A stretch of 59,618 bases of DNA, counting the filler, from Basidiobolus ranarum (taxonomy: Eukaryota), in assembly GCA_040143965.1 (NCBI GenBank). It is 11 parts of 11 records of this genome, joined end to end, with 100 filler letters (N's around TTAATTAATTAA, not from the genome) between each part and the next. Parts side by side here need not be neighbours in the genome. Positions count along the whole stretch, not along the records: positions 21,756 to 27,088 come from JASJQH010008505.1; positions 27,189 to 32,517 come from JASJQH010008506.1; positions 32,618 to 37,944 come from JASJQH010008507.1; 8 more parts are not named here. One strand, written 5' to 3'. The first letter of the stretch is position 1. Every line of letters starts with the position of its first letter. The notes under the pieces are model-generated. The model was not told where the DNA came from, did no database searches, and worked only from the letters and a program-made list of their open reading frames with translations. Position numbers and translations under genes: made by a program. This document shows positions 22,690-35,883 of the stretch, in pieces.

Positions 22690-24679
22690 ATTTCTGTGCT
22701 CATTCTCTGTTTACCATTGCTTTGTAATGTTTGAATTTAGCTAAGGCTTCAGGTTTTGATTTGAGAAAGAATACCCAAGCATGTCTTGCTTTGTCCTCAA
22801 TAAAGGTTGTACAGCTCCTTTTCCCACCCAGTGGGACACTTTTCATGGGTGCACATAGATCAGAATAGATCAGGGCCAAATTTTGAGTGGATTTGATCCC
22901 TTCAGATTTTAAAAACAGCTGACTTGATGTTTTCCATATATGCAACCTTCATGTAGATCCAATTTTGTGATATTTTCAGTTTCTCAGCCTGACACAAGCA
23001 GATTTTGGATCTTTTGCATCAGTTTTTGTTCCCCAATGTGGTTTAATCTTCTATGCCATATTTGACAGCTTAATTCTTGGGTTTTGGCCAAGTTTGTATG
23101 CTTAGAATGCAATTTGTTGATTTCCAGCTTGTATAAGTTCTGATTTTGATCCCAGTAGCTAATTTGATATTATGCTCATCTGTGATAGTGCATCCAGCCA
23201 TGCAGAACATAAAATTTAGTCCTTGGATTTTTTCTTGGCTTACTGCAAGTAGATTCTTGACTTTATTTGGTACATAGAGTACATCATCCAATTTTGCAGA
23301 GGGTGTAGCTGAATTTTGGTCTAAATTGAGCACAGCTATGCCCATACTAACTGCATCTAGTGCATAGTCTCTGCCCAAGTAGGCTTTCCTTGTTTGGATT
23401 GATTTCTAGCTGGAAAACCAATCTCTCTTGTTTGACATATGTTGGGAAACTCCTGAATTAATGTACCATGTTTCAGAGTCTTCTTTAGTGGTTACTGATA
23501 GTGCAGACACAAATGAATGAACTCTGTAAGTGCTTACTTGACTTGCTTGTCCTGATTTTAGCTTTTTGGCAAAAATTCTTCTATGCAATCTTTCATTAAT
23601 TAGCCTAATTACTTGCAATACTTGCAGATGATAGATTCCTGTTAGGGCCACCAATATTGAAGCCTGTTGGATGTTTTACAGCTCTACCAAATGCCTGTTC
23701 TTCATTATTTTGCTGAGAATTAGATCTCCTTATTCCTCATTCAAAAGCCTAGCACCAACATATTTCATTTTTAACAACTCTGATCTTAATTTAAGGGCAA
23801 TTATGAGGCATCCAAACCTGTCTGGCAGGCACCCAAGAAGTGTCATGACTAAGTCATTTTCATTTAGAGGAGCTCCAATGTATGAGAGCTGATCTGCCAT
23901 GGTTTTATCTGATTTATATTATCAAGCATTGAATCATGAGATTATATCTGAATTGAGAATAATTTTTGCCTAAGCAATAATGTATTAGCCAGACTCTTGG
24001 CCTCAAATAGTCCCTCAATTGTTTCCCAGGCATTATTGATATTTTTGACCAAATATATGTGACTCAAATGAGAGTCCCTGAGATGTAGACCAAGTGTATA
24101 AAGTGCTTTCCTCTGCTTCTTATGAATGGCTAGGATAGCTTGTAGGGGTCCCTTTGGCTCTATTTCTTCTTGTGAAACAAATCCCCAATGGTTCTTGTCT
24201 TTTAGCATCACATACATCTTGAACTTCCTTGGGTCAAACTCTACAGTACCAAACTTCTCTGTGGATGCAAAAACATTAATAAAAGTAATGGTAGACATTC
24301 TGTTAACAGCTAGCTTGGGGCACATCACTTAATAAAAGTGATGAGGGGATTTGGAAGTTTTTGGACAAAATTTAGAATTGTGAATTAGACACTTTAGTTT
24401 TGTTGAATTGAATATACACTACTTATAGTTTGTTATGAAGTAGAACTATTAGGCATGCTTTGATCATAACAAACATGTGTAAAAGCATGGGAGAATATTT
24501 GAGGTGATTTGGAGAAGCTATGAGAAAAGAGTGAAAATTGGTAAAAGAGATCTGAATGCTATTTCTATCAATTAGAGCAATAAGCACAAGTTTGTCAATG
24601 ACAGAATTGAGTGCTAAATAATCAGAATATAAATATACTAACTACTAAATAATGAGTTGCTATTTACCTAATTTCAGCA
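22690..24679 (-). mobile_element. Copia family B 5' half: LTR (~24330-24679), PBS, gag, Zn knuckle, protease, integrase start
   Basis: Gag ORF 23942-24328; protease WYINSGVSQHMS; DVLYVPNKVKNLLAV; integrase IYSDLCAPM...TFIEDKARHAWVFFLKSK. Confidence 0.9.
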
Positions 24680-24689
24680 GACATTTTCA

Positions 24690-25635
24690 TATATATATGC
24701 CAAGCAATTATCCCTCACACAGACAATATCTTGATCTCCAACAGCAATTGATGCTCCTGCATTATGAAATGCCAGTAGTTTTGTCATAATGGAGGCATAG
24801 CATTCTGTGATAAATTGATCAGCTCTCAGATAGTTTTGATCTGGATTGTTGGATGCACTATTTTCATATCAGCACTTTGTTTACTCCAAAATATAAGCTC
24901 TAATTGGGTGAGATAGTGACCAAATTGATCCATATTGAGCCAACACCACTGCTTATGCTTTTGATTGCCAGACATTTTTCATTTATTTGGAGTTGAGATA
25001 CTTTAATTAATTGCATGTCATTGGCTCTTTGAAGTATGATAATTGTACAATGACAGTGTTGCATCATGACATAGCCAATCATGATCTAACTAAAGTTTAT
25101 CATGTTATATATAACTGCAATCCATTTCAATTGTGAATACTGCATTAAACAGTAAAGATGGGATACTTTAAGTAGTAACCAGAGTATTCAGCAGTTGCCC
25201 AGGTTTGGAGAGGTACTTACTGATTTGCTTCTGTTTTTTATGTTGTCTCTTTGATATTTGCAAACCAGGAGTATTGCTGGAAACTTTGCACTGGGTTGGT
25301 GGGTTTGATCCTGCAGAAGGTCCTGTACCACCACTGACATGAGTTTTGGCTTGAGGCAAATGTGCTGTGGTATGTGTTTGCTTGTCTGGTCTAGTTTGTA
25401 GTTTGTCTATAACTGCAGCCTCATGTTCAAATGTGGACCCCTCACTTGTAAGTACAACCAGCCATTGTTGCTGGCCCGCAGTTCTAAGCATCAACCTGGA
25501 ATGTCTTTCTTGAGGTTTGTATTCAGCAGTAATTGATTCTGCAAGTATAGTAGAGGCTTCATCTCTTACAACTGGCTGTGGCTGTGGTCATATTGCAACA
25601 AATGTTGGAGCAAGTGTTGACCTTGCGGCTTACGC
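24690..25635 (-). repeat. Second copy of unclassified family X interior
   Basis: Homologous to 13600-14540. Confidence 0.65.
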
Positions 25636-26090
25636 TGTGCAGCTAGTATTGCAGCCAAATGGCAATTGGGTTAGTATAGGACTCTTCATGAAACATCTGA
25701 AAAATGTTAGTAGTTATTAACTCAACAAAGAAAAGAAAGCAGCAAAAGATGTACACAAGTTGCAGGAAGCTAGCAAACCCAAGGAAATGCAAAGAAGCCC
25801 ATGAGTTTAGGCTCTACTGTCATTCTTACCAAATTGTTCACACAACAAGAAATATCTGTATTTCCAGATTCCAGTGTACAAACATATATAGTGGCAAAAA
25901 AGTTTAATTTTACCATGAAACATAGTGCATGGGTTGGAAGAGATCTAAAGTTCAAGGTTCATCCCACCCCTGGCACCTCTCAACAAGCTAGAACACTGGT
26001 GAATAAAATTCACAGCTTTCATTCCTCAACTGGTACATTTAGAAGTTGGCAAGTTAGCCCTGAACTTAAAGATGATGAAAGTAAGTAAAT
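25636..26090 (+). mobile_element. CACTA ORF2 internal fragment
   Basis: NGNWVSIGLFMKHLKNV and SLGSTVILTKLFT match 28610-29055. Confidence 0.7.
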
Positions 26091-26194
26091 GGCAACTCAT
26101 TGTTTGATAGCTAGTTCATTCATATTTCTACTTATTTAGCACTTAATTCTGCCATTCATAATTATGTTTTTATTGCTCAAATTGATAGAAATTT

Positions 26195-27088
26195 GAAATA
26201 GATCACTTTTATCAATTTTCACTATTTTCTGAAACTTCTCCAATTCATGTCAAATTTTTGGCCATGCTTAACAGGCTTATTTGTTATGATGTAGGCATGT
26301 CCAATAAGCCTATTGCACAGTAGACTGTAAATAGGACATATTCAATTCAATAAACTTAAGTGTCTAATTCATAAATCCAAATCTTGTCAAAACACTTGCA
26401 AATCCCCTAAACATTTAATCAACTTATGAGCACCAAGCTAGCTGTGAAAGGAATGTCTACAAGTACTATTACCAACATTTTTGTATCCACTTACAAGTTT
26501 CATGGTAAAGACTTCCATCTTTGAAAGTTCACAATGCAAATGGTGTTAGAAGAGAAGGACTTTTGGGGCATGTTACAGGTAAAGAAATCAAGCCAATGGT
26601 ACAACCAGAAGCTATCCTTGCATTTTACAAGAAGCAGAGGCAAGAACTTTGTGCACTGGGTCTACATCTCAGAGATTCTCAATAAAAATGTCTAAGCTCC
26701 TTGGAAAACACTTGAGGGTCTATATAAGACTAAATGTCAGGCTAATAGTCTGTATCCAAGGCAAAAATTGTTCTCAAATCAGATAAACTCTGAAGATTTT
26801 ATGGCTAATCATATAAATTGTAGATCAGGCATTTTGAGGAGCTGTAAAATGTCCAACAGGCTTCAATAATGGTGCCTCTTATAGATAATCAATTATCTGC
26901 AATTATTGCAAGAAACCAGGCCTTTTAATCAAAGATTACAGAAGAAGGATTTTTGCCAAAGAGCTAAAATCAAAACAGGCAATTCAATTAAGCACTGATA
27001 GGCATCATCTATATGTGACTGCCCTGTCAGCAACCACCAAAGAAGACTCAGAAGTGTGATATATTGCTTGAGGAGCATCCTGGTATAT
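26195..27088 (+). mobile_element. Copia family B partial LTR, PBS and internally deleted gag-protease
   Basis: 26195-26421 matches LTR-B, followed by ACTTATGAGCACC. Gag and Zn knuckle (CNYCKKPG) are similar to 23450-24300. Confidence 0.85.
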
Positions 27089-27188
27089 NNNNNNNNNNNN
27101 NNNNNNNNNNNNNNNNNNNNNNNNNNNNNNNNTTAATTAATTAANNNNNNNNNNNNNNNNNNNNNNNNNNNNNNNNNNNNNNNNNNNN
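27089..27188. other. Artificial contig linker
   Basis: Same 100-bp spacer. Confidence 0.99.
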
Positions 27189-29730
27189 TTGACTTGCTGG
27201 TTTGATCAAAGTTGCATTTCTACCTACATCATTCAGGTCATATAACTGTGGTAACTCCACAGTATCAAGACCTTTGGCAGTGTTACCAAAACTTTGACGC
27301 AAAGTACAGTCAGTGGACTCAATGGGCAAAACTAAAGTCAATTTAGTGCACCTCTTACTTTTGGTGTATACCAGGTTTGTGCAGCTGGTGGCTTTGTACA
27401 GTAACCATGCTTGTGATTACTTTTTCTAGGAAGCCTCAGGCTTGCATAGCACAAGAATTTGTGACAATAATTGCAAGGCTTTGTCAAATGTTTGTGTTGT
27501 GGCATGAGAAGAATATTGTGGAAAAAAGAACACCTCCTCCATAAGGGTAGCATTTTAGGTATAACCCATCATATCATCAGCTGATTCTGAGATGGTGTCA
27601 CCAATGAGTCATCATGGGATTTACCAGATATTTCTGGTAATGGATGGCAATTTTAGTTTATTATAAGCTCTTTCTAAGCAATTTAATTACACCAAGCTTA
27701 CCATCTGAAAATTTCAATGCCATTCGAAAGCCATTCAAAATTAAATCAAAATTGGCTTCCAAGTTAAAGCCTGCAGGTGCAAAAGGAAAAAAATCAGCAA
27801 GAACAGAGGACTCAATTGTTGTGCAGTCTAGCAATCCTCCATCCACTTGGGAAGGCATTAACATGCAGGAAATAACTCAAGTAATGATGAAGCACGTATC
27901 AACTTACCAGATGTGTTCCTTTCCAGCAAAAGTGCAAGTGGAGAGATTGAAATCCCCCAATTACATAGTAAATTGATAGTTCAGCAAAGATCAACTGAAA
28001 CACCATTAAGACCATCAACTTCTAAAATGGCTATGTTGCACACTATTGAAGAACTCTGTAGAAAATTTGGATAGAATTATTACAACAAGGGAATAGCAGG
28101 CAGAACACTGTAACAATTTGTATGCAATCATATGTAAAATCTACAAAGTTGCTATACAAGCCACAACAAGTAATAATGTCATGAAATCACAATGAATGCA
28201 GCGTTTGGAAGCAACTAGTCAACTGTTAGAGAGTAACTCAACAATGCTACAAGACCTTCAGAATGCAGTAATTGAGCTTCAGCAACATGCTGCTCCCTCT
28301 GTTCATTCTCATATAGGATTTCAATCAATCCCATGCCATATAGATGAAGATCACCATGACAATCTGGCAGAGCAGAATATGTATTGGACCATTAAGCCTA
28401 CACAACAACCTAAAATTGCTTGGGCATATGAAAGTAGAAATGTCTCAGGAAAACATGAAAACCAAAAGACTCTGAATATCAGAGCTGCCATCACTTGATC
28501 TGATGATGGGTGGTTGAACCTTTTGTAAACTATGTGGAATCTGGCCCAAAATCACCTGGATTTGAGCTAATTGTGGAAAAACCACAAACCAGGCATTACT
28601 CTCAAGGTTGTTGACTTATTTTGTGTGGCTTATCCTGGGTTTTTGCAAGTAAATGGCAATTGGGGTAGTATAGGCCTATTCATGAATCATCTCAAAAGTG
28701 TACAAAATTATCCACTCGGAAACCAAAGAAAGGCAGCTAAAGAGGTACTCAAGGAGCAGGAAGTTAGTAAACCCAAGGGAAAAGCAAAGGAGCCAGTGAG
28801 TTTAGGCTCTACTGTCCCACTTACCAAATTCTTCACACCATTACAAAGATCTGCATTTTCAGAGTCATATGTACTGGCAAAAAAGCTTAATTTCACCATG
28901 GAACCAGGTACACCAGTTGGAAGAGTGCTAAAATTGTAAGTTTATCAAACATCTGGTGTCTCTCAAGCAGGCAAAACAGCAGCAACTAAAACTCATGGCT
29001 CTCCAACCTCAACTGGTACTTTTCAAAGTGTTGAAATTAGCCCCAAACTTAAAGGCAAGCAAAAAGCCCCACAAACACCACAAAGCACTCTCAGTAGTGC
29101 CACACTACAAGGATGTATAAAAATAGTCAAAGTGCTTGAGGAGTATTTTCAAAAGTATGAAGGGAAAAATGCAGTGCAAATATGCCAAAAGTGGCTTTGG
29201 AAGAAGAACATCTGACTTCACATTCAGTCTGATGTTGACCATGTAGATATCTAGGAAGAACTTAATACAGAGTGGCACAATGTTGCAGGGTATCCAACAG
29301 ATAGCTGGAAGAATGTTGATTCAGCAATGTTAATACAATGATGAGCTTTGATGGAGATATTGATACAAACTCATGTTGGATATGAGCTAAACTTTGGGTA
29401 TGAAGAACTCTATAAAAATATTTAGGAGAATATATCAAGAAACTAGGGATTTTGAAGGTGACAAAATAGCATTCAAGTGGTAAATGTATAAAATTTGAGT
29501 TATGTTTTTTGCACATGTGTTGATCCATAGTTCTCTGAGATTTTAGCCAATCATGTTCAACTATTTTGCAAGATCTTGAAATTTCACTCCTGAAACTGAA
29601 AAAATTGAACAAAATCAAATCTAACTTGATGATGTTGTGACAGTAGGTAAATGGTCAATCCAAAAAGGATGAAAATTGTAATGGTTTTCCTATCATAACA
29701 TTTGTCAAATTTCTGTTAGGGAATATAGGG
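27189..29730. mobile_element. CACTA element arm: transposase 5' end (minus, from 27553) head-to-head with decayed ORF2 (plus, 27644 to ~29470)
   Basis: 27189-27640 is collinear with the transposase 5' regions in contigs 1 and 3. ORF pieces 27644-27976, 28196-28498 and 28571-28939 are on the plus strand. Confidence 0.75.
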
Positions 29731-29819
29731 GCTATAGATATGTTGCTTTCTATTTCTAATATATGTATCATAGCTAAAGTTAACTAAGATGCTAAATAAA
29801 GATTAATTATCCAACAAAT

Positions 29820-30426
29820 TCACATTTTGTCTTTTACATTTAGACATATTGTGCTAAAGGCTCTGTGTTCTTGTAAAATATGGAGTAAAACATTGCTTCA
29901 GATAGTTTTGCATTGTTTTCTTCTCCTATAACAGTGTCCCAATGTCCTTTTTCTTGCAGCAGCATTTTCATTTAAATTTTCCAAACTTGAAAATTGGTTC
30001 CATCCAATTTTTCAGAAGAGGAATAGTTCCAGAAGTTTGAGAAGTAGATATTACAGAGTGCAAACTTGGGGCTAATAACCTGATATGGTACTTGGGAGCC
30101 TGTTTGCAGTGGCTTGGAGAATTAGCAAAATTGATGGTTTCACTAGTAGATATATTGAGTAGAGAGTTGACATATATAGTTTTGTCAAGATATAGATAAA
30201 CTGGCATGAAAAATATGTAACAAAAGGTCCAGAAACATGTGTGCAAAGTTTGGAGCTTCTAGCACAAGTTTCAAAAACTTATATATTTGAGAACTTCTAA
30301 GTTGGTGTCAATACTCTAAGTAAATTTTGATTGAGAATAATTGGTAACATCTTGGGGAAGTATAAGATAACCAAGTACTAAGCTATATATGACTATATAG
30401 GTGTTTAGGCAATGCTAATCTCAACA
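29820..30426 (-). mobile_element. Copia family A gag start, PBS and 5' LTR (30081-30426)
   Basis: LTR runs TGTTGAGATTAGC...ATCA, then GGTTATTAGCCCC. Gag matches 50400-50805. Confidence 0.87.
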
Positions 30427-30784
30427 ATTATATGGTATTGCTAGGCTAAAGTATCATACTACATGAAATTGCTATTGTTAAAGTGTGCTTTTTCCTAATA
30501 AATTGTATTTTTATTGTAAAGTTCCTTGAGCAATAGTAAGTGGCCTTGCTGGTATAACTGATTGAGGTCATTACACCCTGTACACTATGATTATGATAAT
30601 CCTAACCCTATTTGTATGTGTACGCTACACCCCTTACCATATTTCAATAGAGTAACATATCTAATGAAATAGCATTATAAAATCACAACTACCAAAACCC
30701 TCCTCCCCGTCCCAAATCGAAACAGCACCAAATCTCCTCTCCTTAAGCACAATTAATTTGGAATACCCAATAAAGAATCTCAAA

Positions 30785-30898
30785 ACCTAACCCAAAACTA
30801 TAAATGCCAACTCTCTACTCAATAAATCAATAAGGGAAAACCACCAATTTCTCTAGTTCCCCAAATTACTTCCATCAGGATCTTCAAAAACTTTAACA
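30785..30898 (+). repeat. Degenerate 3' portion of an LTR-A-like sequence
   Basis: AAAACTATAAAT...CTACTCAATAAATC...CCACCAATTTCTCTA...CTTTAACA resembles the LTR-A 3' end. Confidence 0.55.
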
Positions 30899-31513
30899 AA
30901 AAATCATTATCTTGCTAGTTAATCGCAACTGCACTATATTCAAGTTCCTCCAAATAGCCCATACTTTCCAATAAGTGTTTGTATCATGTGTGATCAATAA
31001 GCCTGCCAAAAGCGCCTTAATGTAGTATCCTCTAGCTTTGGGAAGCTGCTGGTAAGATCTGGAATTTCAAGCTAATAATGTTTGAGTTTAATTAAATGTC
31101 CATTGTGTGTTAATGAAATTTTCCAAGATTTGATTTACATAAAATCCTATATTCTCCCAATCATTCTTATAAAGGGAACTCCGTGAAGACAACCAAGAAT
31201 AGTGTTTAAAGTTCAGCTTTAAACTCACAATAATGTTTTCTATTTGGACCTCAACAAGATGATTGATTGATAATAGATCTGGTTTCGCAGAATACTCATC
31301 ACTTTCACATAATTTATTGGCAAAAGTATAATTCATAGACTTCGCCCTGTCACAGACGATTGAGTTATCCAATGTTCTACAGACTGTACCTTCAGGACAG
31401 CCCTGTTTGAATAGCTTACCATAAGAGTGTATCTTGATTCGTCAGTCTCTCCAGAGCTGAGACACTTGTAGGCTCTGTGCTTACATCTAGCTTTTGAGGA
31501 TTCTAGGAGGAGC

Positions 31514-32517
31514 TCAGTGGTGACGGTTACAGTGACGATGGATGTGAGTCTGCGTAACTGTTGGGCACTTGCATGTTCTAGGCTTTGAACCATCACACCC
31601 AACACTTGTAATGTGACTAACATTTCCAGCGTACTCGGTGGTGCGTGTAGTCTCCGTGCATTTCTCCCCCTCAGTAGTGTTGGTTCCCGTATTAATGGTA
31701 TAGGAACAGCTCTCCTCAGCAGTAGAGATATTAGAATAGGTCGGGCATTCTATAGTTTTAGTCGCGTCTAGAGTAGGTGCAGATTGAGTAGTTGCTGAAT
31801 CAATAGACGATACTGGTGTGGTAATTGTGAACGTCCTCGTAGTGTGCGTAGTACCAAGTAAGTCGGTTTCAGTGGTTTCTGTTAATGTTTGGATATCTGT
31901 AGTGGCTGTAGTAGGGGGAGGCTGAGTGTTCTCGGTTGATGTTAGAGTTTTGGTAACATCTGTGTTTGATGGTGACTTGGTGGTTTCCAGTTCTGTAGTT
32001 GGTATAGATATGGTAGTAATCTCCGTTGACTCTGTAGGCGTATCAATCTCCGTAGTCTCTGTTGATGTTGGAACGTCCGTAGAATTTGTAGTTGACAGAG
32101 ATTGAGTGCTTTCAGAGTCTATAGTTGGTACTGGTGTGGTAGTAATCTCTATCGATGTTGGAGTGTTGATCTCCGTAGTCTCTGTTGACATTGGAGCGTC
32201 CGTAGAATCTGTAGTTGACTGAGATTGAGTGCTTTCAGAGTCTATAGTTGGTACTGGTGTGGTAGTAATCTCCGTAGATGTTGAAGTGTCGGTCTCCGTA
32301 ATCTCTGTCGATATTGGGGTGTCAATCTCCGTAGTCTCTGTTGATGTTGGAGTGTCAGTCTCTGTTGACTCGGTAGGTGTATTAGTCTCCGTAGCCTCTG
32401 CCGACGTTGGAGCGTCCGTAGAATCTGTAGTTGACTGAGATTGAGTGCTTTCAGAGTCTATAGTTGGTACTGGTGTGGTAGTAATCTCCGTAGATGTTGA
32501 AGTGTCGGTCTCCGTAG
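31514..32517 (-). CDS. Thr/Ser/Glu-rich tandem-repeat (mucin/adhesin-like) protein, 5'-truncated
   Basis: Frame is open from the contig edge to the stop at 31514. Near-identical repeats (TEITTTPVPTIDSESTQS.STT.STD.P) precede a Cys-rich, His-tipped C-terminus. CpG is retained. Confidence 0.8.
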
Positions 32518-32617
32518 NNNNNNNNNNNNNNNNNNNNNNNNNNNNNNNNNNNNNNNNNNNNTTAATTAATTAANNNNNNNNNNNNNNNNNNNNNNNNNNN
32601 NNNNNNNNNNNNNNNNN
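32518..32617. other. Artificial contig linker
   Basis: Same 100-bp spacer. Confidence 0.99.
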
Positions 32618-33511
32618 ATAAGGCATACACGGTATCACAAACAAGGGTAGAGAGACTCCCGTCTATCCCCAAGCATCTCTAGTCACCTCCATTGAGACCT
32701 CAAGATGATCTTCCAGAGGGATACGTGGGGATCAACTCATGAGATCAGGGTCGCATTCGATGCAATGACTCGTGACCCATGATTCGTGCTATCTATGGTC
32801 AAGCGGCATATCGAATTTCTTTCACTGAGAAAAAGAGGGATGAATACGTAAGCACAGCAGAATTCAGTATTATATAACAGTAGTACATACCGAAACACTC
32901 TCTCATCACCCGAGAGATTCTCCCGATTACCCATTTCACCGATTGAAATATAAGGTGTCTTTAGCTCGCTTCTAACGAGGCGGGTGTTAGTATCTGGAAT
33001 TCCACTTTTGGTACGGTGTCTTGGGTTGGGAGAGAAGGACTTGTCCTTTAGGGTGTAAATTAATTGGGGATTCTCAATGTCCCAACCATTCTCAGACCTA
33101 TTCTGTTTAGATTTCGGTCTAGGTTCGTTCCTTGGGATACATAATTACAAAATGACTTGAACTTGTTTGGTTTCGTAGATGTTAAAGGTGTTGATGCGCC
33201 AATTCTATGTGCAAGAAAGCTATGCTCATTAGTATTAGATAAGTCTGCACTACATACAATAATATTGCCAAGGGTTTCTTCATAAGTGGGGGTTTTATTT
33301 GTATTTCGACTTTCTTAGAAGGGGTGTGGAAAGGTGATGTACACAGTTTACGAGTTAGGTCAGCAATTGGAAATAAAAATCCGTTTCCACACAAACTCTA
33401 TACCGCTGAAGAGTTCCATGAAAAAAACGCATAGAAATAAATATCTTGAATAGAAGAGAGAGAAGCATTGAATCCATCCATTACATCAAAGCTACTAGTG
33501 GTGCCATCGGA

Positions 33512-35355
33512 TTAGAAGTAAACACGTTGCGCTTGACTCGGCATGGAGTCTGAAGGGCAGTAAGGGCATTTAAAGCGACTACATGAGAGAAATTAATTGG
33601 TATCCTCGAAGTTTGAAACCAAAATCATGATAGCTCGAGAAACGTTACCTATTTCCTTTGGCAAGTTTGTTCAAACTTTCTTTACATATTACATGCCCAC
33701 ATGGCATCATCATTGGTGGGTTGTCTTCGGTTGCTTGCTCCTTCGATACTGGACAAGCAAACACCGAATGGAAACGTACGTCATCAACTAGATGAATTTC
33801 CACCTAAAGTTAGATAATAAATGTGAGTATAAACAGTTGAAACGTGTAAAGCAGAGTTTGGCAAAGGTTTCCTACAGGGAGCTCGTCTTGCTGGCTCCAC
33901 TCGGCTTTTTTCTCCTTCATGATAGTGGCCATCTTTATGATGGTAGGAACTGCAGCCGCACCTACAGTCACGCTATTAAAAGAATATATTAGGGCCGCTA
34001 AACGAGGCATCAATCAAATTTCTCACCACTGTACCTAATATACAAGGGGCTTTCGCAAGGCATCCCCAACAGACTACAGAAATCTCGAGTAAATGCATGC
34101 TGAATATCGAACCAATGCGAGTTAGAGAGCAGATCTGCGTAAGGTGAATTCTCCAAGCGATTGATGAAGAGTATAGCACACATAAACCGCTGAATCTCTA
34201 TATTTACAAACAAAGTTGTCCAGTTAGATACAACAAAGACTTCACAATAAGTAAATTGTGAAGATTACCTGGCATATGGCGTGACGAAAAGTATCCAAAG
34301 TTAAGTTTGGCGTAAATTAGCGCATCTGAGGCCTGTTTTTTACTTAACAGATGTGCGTAATGGAGTCGATGAAGGTTAAATTCCAACGGGCTTCCTTTTT
34401 TCTCTAACTCAACACGATGTCTTCTGGCCCAACTGAAAAATAAGAGTATAAATTAGAGGATGAATCCAGTGTGGTGGGTAAAGGGAGTATCATGCCACAG
34501 TGGGAAGAAAATAAAATCCTTAAATACGTAAAATTGACATACTTTAAGGCTGGTTCTAAATCATGTTTCTTGATGGCTTCCAAAATCTGATACATCTCCA
34601 TGAATTGTACTTTCAAAGATTCTGATGGTTCCATGTGGGCTTCCTGTAATGCAAATAAGAGTACAGACACAATAGTAGCAATACATCATAAGTATTTATA
34701 CTCGTATATAAATGGCACGTATGTATTTGTTAGCATTAGAGATAACAATTACCTTCACAAAAGTGTCACCAACATCGAATTGTCCTTGACGAACGAAATG
34801 TTGTGCGATCGTTTCGTTCAGTACTTTTTCTTTCCCATAGAAGGCCTGTGGATTTGAAGCGCTTTCCAAATAACTTTTAAATCTCTAAATATTCCAGGAA
34901 ACGATGAATAAAGAGAAATCAACGATGTAGGTTAAAGCAAAGGAAAAGTAAAACTAACTTTATCAATGGATTTTCCGTATTTACTTAACACTGAGTGCAG
35001 TTCTTTGTTACTGTCAGAGATTTGACCACCAGAGTCTTTAACATCTTTGTTAAGCTGAGAAAGGGTATTTTTGTAAGTAGTTGGGTCTAGTGGTTGTTAT
35101 AAAAGAATAAATAAAGTAGTATTAGTAAGAAATATTGGTCGGTTGATAATCAATCGCGAAAGTAGTTAAAAATACAAAGTGGTTCAATTACATAAAGAAG
35201 CAGAAATGGAAATGGTTGCTTTTCAAACCTTGTGAAATGCGTTCTCTGGCCTTGGTTAGTTGCTGAATGACACTATCAACGTTTTTAATGACTTCAGAGG
35301 TAACAGTTTTTTGTTTCTTATTAACTTTATCAAAATCTTTCAGTAGCGAATCCAT
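33512..35355 (-). CDS. RMD5: GID/CTLH E3 ligase RING subunit Rmd5/Gid2 (RMND5)
   Basis: Nine exons: 35355-35229, 35086-34959, 34884-34753, 34643-34543, 34432-34269, 34197-34035, 33972-33876, 33803-33649, 33578-33512. LisH, CTLH ([10 protein letters not shown]), CRA and degenerate [28 protein letters not shown]...FKCPYCP. Confidence 0.95.
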
Positions 35356-35883
35356 AATCTTAGCTCTTGTGTGAAAGTGAGGTCACCTAAGAGCTACTTG
35401 CGAGTTAGAGAAGTATCAACTGTGACTGGAGTATTAAGAGGATCTGGAATCTACGTAGATCAAAAAATTCCCTTGCCATCATCATAATTTAACTGGATTT
35501 TCTTCAATTCTTTACCATACACGATGAGTATTATACAACACCACTATTTTAACCCGATATTTCCACTCAGGAATTTAATCCACTTGACGTTATTGATAAT
35601 ATTCTGACTGCATACGTATTGAAATCGTACGAGTTGGCCAACTATGAGCTATGTATACCAAACTTTAATCATCATCAACCAGCCAATTTAATCAATAGTC
35701 AATGTATATTTGACACAAACATGCCATTCCCTTAACTATTCAAGGGTAACAGTTCATTCAATCCATAGCTACATTGCAAGGTTTGAAAGAGGATATCAGT
35801 TTAAAGAATAATGATTAGTTCAACCAGTTTATTTGCAACAGACTGTGGGGATACAACAGAGAAAGATGTTTAAAAGCACTCCT

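Noticed and set aside
29262..29618. 118-aa minus-strand ORF
   Set aside because: Lies antisense to the CACTA ORF2 end and its flank in repeat DNA; no known motif.
32229..32438. Val/Ser-rich plus-strand ORF
   Set aside because: Antisense of the Thr-rich repeat.
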